Of a stretch of 10,032 nt of DNA, positions 6,693 to 10,032 are shown one piece after another; the first letter of the stretch is position 1, and each line of letters opens with the position of its first letter. The notes beneath the pieces are model-generated. The model was not told the origin of the DNA, did no database searches, and worked only from the letters and a program-made list of their open reading frames with translations. Both the position numbers and the translations under genes were made by a program. Source of the stretch: a virus; the UHGV virus genome UHGV-0102185; one strand, written 5' to 3'.

Positions 6693-7601
6693 ATGCCGAT
6701 TATCGACCTGAACCAGCTACCCGCACCGGATGTGGTCGAGGAGCTGGACTTTGAAACCATTCTTGCCGAACGCAAGGCGACACTGATTTCCCTTTACCCG
6801 GAAGACCAGCAGGAGGCGGTCGCCCGTACCCTGACGCTGGAATCCGAGCCTCTCGTCAAACTGCTGGAGGAAAATGCTTATCGTGAGCTTATCTGGCGTC
6901 AGCGTGTGAATGAGGCCGCACGGGCGGTGATGCTGGCCTGTGCTGCCGGTAATGACCTTGATGTGATTGGTGCCAATTACAACACCACACGCCTGATTAT
7001 CACCCCGGCAGATGATTCAACCATCCCGCCGACACCGGCCGTGATGGAATCTGACACCGATTATCGTCTGCGTATTCAGCAGGCGTTTGAAGGTTTAAGC
7101 GTCGCCGGGTCGGTGGGTGCCTATCAGTATCATGGCCGCAGTGCCGACGGGCGTGTCGCGGATATCTCTGTCACCAGTCCGTCTCCGGCCTGCGTCACCA
7201 TCTCTGTGCTGTCACGTGAAAATAACGGTGTCGCATCCGAAGACCTGCTGGCGGTGGTGCGTAACGCCCTTAATGGCGAGGACGTCAGGCCGGTGGCCGA
7301 CCGCGTGACCGTGCAGTCTGCCGCCATCGTTGAATACCAGATAAACGCCACGCTTTACCTTTACCCTGGTCCCGAAAGCGAACCCATACGCGCTGCCGCC
7401 GTGAAAAAACTGGAAGCGTACATCACGGCACAGCACCGGCTGGGGCGCGACATCCGTCTGTCTGCCATTTATGCCGCTTTGCATGTGGAAGGCGTGCAGC
7501 GTGTCGAACTGGCTGCACCACTGGCCGACATCGTGCTCAACAATACGCAGGCGTCTTTCTGTACCGAATACAGCGTCGTGACCGGAGGCTCGGATGAGTG
7601 A
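6693..7601 (+). CDS. J: Baseplate assembly protein, P2 gpJ-like
   Basis: 302 aa (MPIIDLNQLPAPDVVEELDFETILAERKATLISLYPEDQQEAVARTLTLESEP...); size and synteny match gpJ. Confidence 0.9.
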   Translation: MPIIDLNQLPAPDVVEELDFETILAERKATLISLYPEDQQEAVARTLTLESEPLVKLLEENAYRELIWRQRVNEAARAVMLACAAGNDLDVIGANYNTTRLIITPADDSTIPPTPAVMESDTDYRLRIQQAFEGLSVAGSVGAYQYHGRSADGRVADISVTSPSPACVTISVLSRENNGVASEDLLAVVRNALNGEDVRPVADRVTVQSAAIVEYQINATLYLYPGPESEPIRAAAVKKLEAYITAQHRLGRDIRLSAIYAALHVEGVQRVELAAPLADIVLNNTQASFCTEYSVVTGGSDE

Positions 7602-8124
7602 TTCGCGACTGCTGCCGACCGGCTCATCACCGCTTGAAGTCGCTGCCGCGAAAGCCTGTGCGGAAATTGAAAAAACGCCGGTCAGTATTCGTGAGTTGTG
7701 GAACCCGGACACCTGCCCGGCAAATCTGCTGCCGTGGCTGGCGTGGGCGTTTTCGGTCGACAGGTGGGATGAAAAGTGGCCGGAAGCGACAAAACGCGCC
7801 GTTATCCGCGATGCCTATTTCATCCACTGTCATAAAGGCACTATAGGCGCAATCCGACGCGTGGTGGAGCCGCTCGGCTATCTCATCAACGTGACGGAGT
7901 GGTGGGAAAACAGTGACCCGCCCGGCACCTTCCGGCTTGATATTGGTGTACTGGAAAGCGGTATCACAGAGGCAATGTATCAGGAAATGGAACGGCTGAT
8001 TGCTGATGCCAAACCTGCAAGCCGCCACCTTATCGGCCTGAACATTACCCGGGACATTCCCGGCTACCTGTTCGCCGGTGGTGTGGCTTACGACGGCGAT
8101 GTAATTACGGTTTACCCCGGATAA
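7594..8124 (+). CDS. I: Baseplate protein, P2 gpI-like
   Basis: 176 aa (MSDSRLLPTGSSPLEVAAAKACAEIEKTPVSIRELWNPDTCPANLLPWLAWAFSVDRWDE...); overlaps the J 3' end by 8 nt; size and synteny match gpI. Confidence 0.9.
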   Translation: MSDSRLLPTGSSPLEVAAAKACAEIEKTPVSIRELWNPDTCPANLLPWLAWAFSVDRWDEKWPEATKRAVIRDAYFIHCHKGTIGAIRRVVEPLGYLINVTEWWENSDPPGTFRLDIGVLESGITEAMYQEMERLIADAKPASRHLIGLNITRDIPGYLFAGGVAYDGDVITVYPG

Positions 8125-8134
8125 GTGAGGTATA

Positions 8135-9982
8135 ATGAGCACAAAATTCAAAACCGTTATCACCACTGCCGGTGCAGCAAAGCTGGCAGCGGCAACCGCG
8201 CCGGGAGGGCGGAAGGTCAACATTACCACGATGGCCGTCGGGGATGGCGGTGGTAAATTGCCTGTCCCGGATGCCGGACAGACCGGACTTATCCATGAAG
8301 TCTGGCGACATGCGCTGAACAAAATCAGCCAGGACAAACGAAACAGTAATTATATTATCGCAGAGCTGGTTATTCCGCCGGAGGTGGGCGGTTTCTGGAT
8401 GCGTGAGCTTGGCCTGTACGATGATGCGGGAACATTAATTGCCGTGGCGAACATGGCCGAAAGTTATAAGCCTGCCCTTGCCGAAGGCTCAGGGCGTTCG
8501 CAGACCTGCCGCATGGTCATCATCGTCAGCAGTGTGGCCTCAGTGGCGCTGACCATTGACACCACAACGGTGATGGCGACGCAGGATTACGTTGATGACA
8601 AAATTGCAGAGCACGAACAGTCACGACGTCACCCGGACGCCTCGCTGACCGCAAAAGGTTTTACTCAGTTAAGCAGTGCGACCAACAGCACGTCTGAAAC
8701 ACTGGCCGCAACGCCGAAAGCGGTAAAGGCCGCTTATGATCTTGCTAACGGGAAATATACCGCGCAGGATGCCACCACAGCGCGAAAAGGCCTTGTCCAG
8801 CTCAGTAGCGCCACCAACAGTGATTCTGAAACGCAGGCCGCAACACCAAAAGCGGTGAAGTCTGCCTATGACAATGCTGAAAAACGTCTTCAGAAAGATC
8901 AGAACGGTGCGGATATTCCTGATAAAGGACGCTTCCTGAGTAACATTAATGTTTACAGCAAAGGTGAAGTGGATAAGAAAAAGGGAATGCGAAAGTATTC
9001 GTTTGCAGCCCCTGCAAATGTCGTTGCCGGGAAGTGGTATCCCGTTATCTTTCGCCGTGCTGCCAGCCTTTCAGGAGAAATGGCATCCCGCGTCGTTATT
9101 TCCACTGGTTGTTATAACAGCGATTATGTAATGAATAACTGCGAGTTTAATGGCATGGTTATGCCCGGAGGCTGGACTGATCGTGGTTCATATGCGGCAG
9201 GTTATTTCTGGACGTATCAGACTAATGAGCGTTCAATCCATTCCATTGTTACAAGCCTGAAAGATGATGATGTATGTAGTGTTTTTTATGTTGAAGCCAG
9301 AGCTTTCCCTGTGCAAATTCTTGCAGAGGAAGGGCTAACGGTTATTGTTCCGACAGAGGATTATGTCGTCGGTCAAACGACATATAAGTGGGGGGCAACT
9401 AATCCTGCTACAGAAAGCACGAACGCACAGGCTATTCTGGATTTTAAAAATGGGCGCGGTTATTACTGCTCACATCCATTTATTTCCAGCCTTTCGGGAA
9501 ATGCTGCAACAGCAACGAAGTTAGCGAACGCAAGAAATATTAATGGTGTCAGATTTGATGGCTCTGCTGATATAAATATTAATACACTGGTATCCAGAAA
9601 CCGTGTTACTGCATTAGGTGGGAGCGTAAAGGGGACACCAGGTATTCAGATGTATGAGGCATACAACAATGGCTACCCAACAGCCTATGGTAATGTGCTT
9701 CATCTCACTGGCGTAACCGCAGTAGGAGAGGGTGAGTTACTTATTGGCTGGAGTGGAACCAGCGGTGCTCATGCTCCGGCATATATTCGCTCCCGACGAG
9801 ATACCACAGATGCTAACTGGTCTGGATGGGCGCAACTATATACAACTGCTCATAAACCCTCAGCGGGAGATGTTGGTGCATACACCAAAGCTGAATCAGA
9901 TTCACGTTATGTGAGAGACATGCGGCTGGGCGGTGCATCTACATATAAACCAGCAAATAATGGTACTACATGGACGCGGTGA
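8135..9982 (+). CDS. H: Tail fibre protein, P2 gpH-like, with a divergent C-terminal region
   Basis: 615 aa; N-terminus (MSTKFKTVITTAGAAKLAAATAPGGRKVNITTMAVGDGGG...) typical of P2-family fibres; GTGAGG at 8125-8130 upstream; two fibre-repeat copies; composition becomes AT-richer from about 8900. Confidence 0.9.
   Translation: MSTKFKTVITTAGAAKLAAATAPGGRKVNITTMAVGDGGGKLPVPDAGQTGLIHEVWRHALNKISQDKRNSNYIIAELVIPPEVGGFWMRELGLYDDAGTLIAVANMAESYKPALAEGSGRSQTCRMVIIVSSVASVALTIDTTTVMATQDYVDDKIAEHEQSRRHPDASLTAKGFTQLSSATNSTSETLAATPKAVKAAYDLANGKYTAQDATTARKGLVQLSSATNSDSETQAATPKAVKSAYDNAEKRLQKDQNGADIPDKGRFLSNINVYSKGEVDKKKGMRKYSFAAPANVVAGKWYPVIFRRAASLSGEMASRVVISTGCYNSDYVMNNCEFNGMVMPGGWTDRGSYAAGYFWTYQTNERSIHSIVTSLKDDDVCSVFYVEARAFPVQILAEEGLTVIVPTEDYVVGQTTYKWGATNPATESTNAQAILDFKNGRGYYCSHPFISSLSGNAATATKLANARNINGVRFDGSADININTLVSRNRVTALGGSVKGTPGIQMYEAYNNGYPTAYGNVLHLTGVTAVGEGELLIGWSGTSGAHAPAYIRSRRDTTDANWSGWAQLYTTAHKPSAGDVGAYTKAESDSRYVRDMRLGGASTYKPANNGTTWTR
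8654..8740 (+). repeat. Intragenic tail-fibre repeat, copy 1 (KGFTQLSSATNSTSETLAATPKAVKAAYD)
   Basis: 29-aa motif repeated 44 aa further on with roughly 80% amino-acid identity; resembles the conserved phage tail-fibre repeat seen in P2 H and lambdoid side fibres. Confidence 0.7.
8786..8872 (+). repeat. Intragenic tail-fibre repeat, copy 2 (KGLVQLSSATNSDSETQAATPKAVKSAYD)
   Basis: Second copy of the same motif inside H, in frame. Confidence 0.7.
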
Positions 9983-10032
9983 TGCTGCCAACTTACTGAT
10001 TTAGTGTATGATGGTGTTTTTGAGGTGCTCCA

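Noticed and set aside
7130-8337. Minus-strand ORFs antisense to J and I (7130..7351, 7212..7712, 7627..8337, 8105..8311) and short plus-strand off-frame ORFs (7117..7308, 7598..7846)
   Set aside because: Overlap well-supported baseplate genes; no conserved motifs; typical GC-rich antisense artefacts.
10008-10032. ATGATG just downstream of H as a possible start of the tail-fibre assembly gene G
   Set aside because: Only about 8 codons before the window ends, and the translation (MMVFLRCS) does not resemble tail-fibre assembly N-termini I recall; cannot be supported.
1-10032. CRISPR arrays, tRNA or rRNA genes
   Set aside because: No regularly spaced direct repeats and no cloverleaf-like or rRNA-like sequence noticed; the window is densely protein-coding.

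Overview
This window reads as the late region (head completion, lysis, tail and baseplate) of a P2-like temperate phage or prophage from an enterobacterial host. All backbone genes are on the + strand in canonical P2 order: N (3' end only), M, L, X, Y, K, lysA, lysB with nested lysC, R, S, then V, W, J, I, H. Gene identities come from my recollection of P2 protein sequences, lengths and synteny, not from any search. Between S and V the GC-rich backbone is interrupted by a visibly AT-rich segment of roughly 1.8 kb (about 3950-5735; GC judged by eye, not computed). It carries a single minus-strand gene (4358..5602, 414 aa) convergent with S and divergent from V. Its product is a P-loop NTPase with Walker A GPSKSGKT, Walker B VIFIDDFH and a downstream GSP motif, which is the architecture of a compact STAND/AAA_16-type ATPase. 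It has no obvious virion or lysis role, so it is the best candidate here for an undescribed phage-carried defence or superinfection-exclusion gene. The AT-rich block appears to extend into the 3' part of S and the first codons of V, and a perfect 15-bp-stem hairpin separates S from the cargo gene. The tail-fibre gene H has a conserved N-terminus, two copies of a fibre repeat and an AT-richer C-terminal region. No tRNA, rRNA, CRISPR array, integrase or transposase is apparent.
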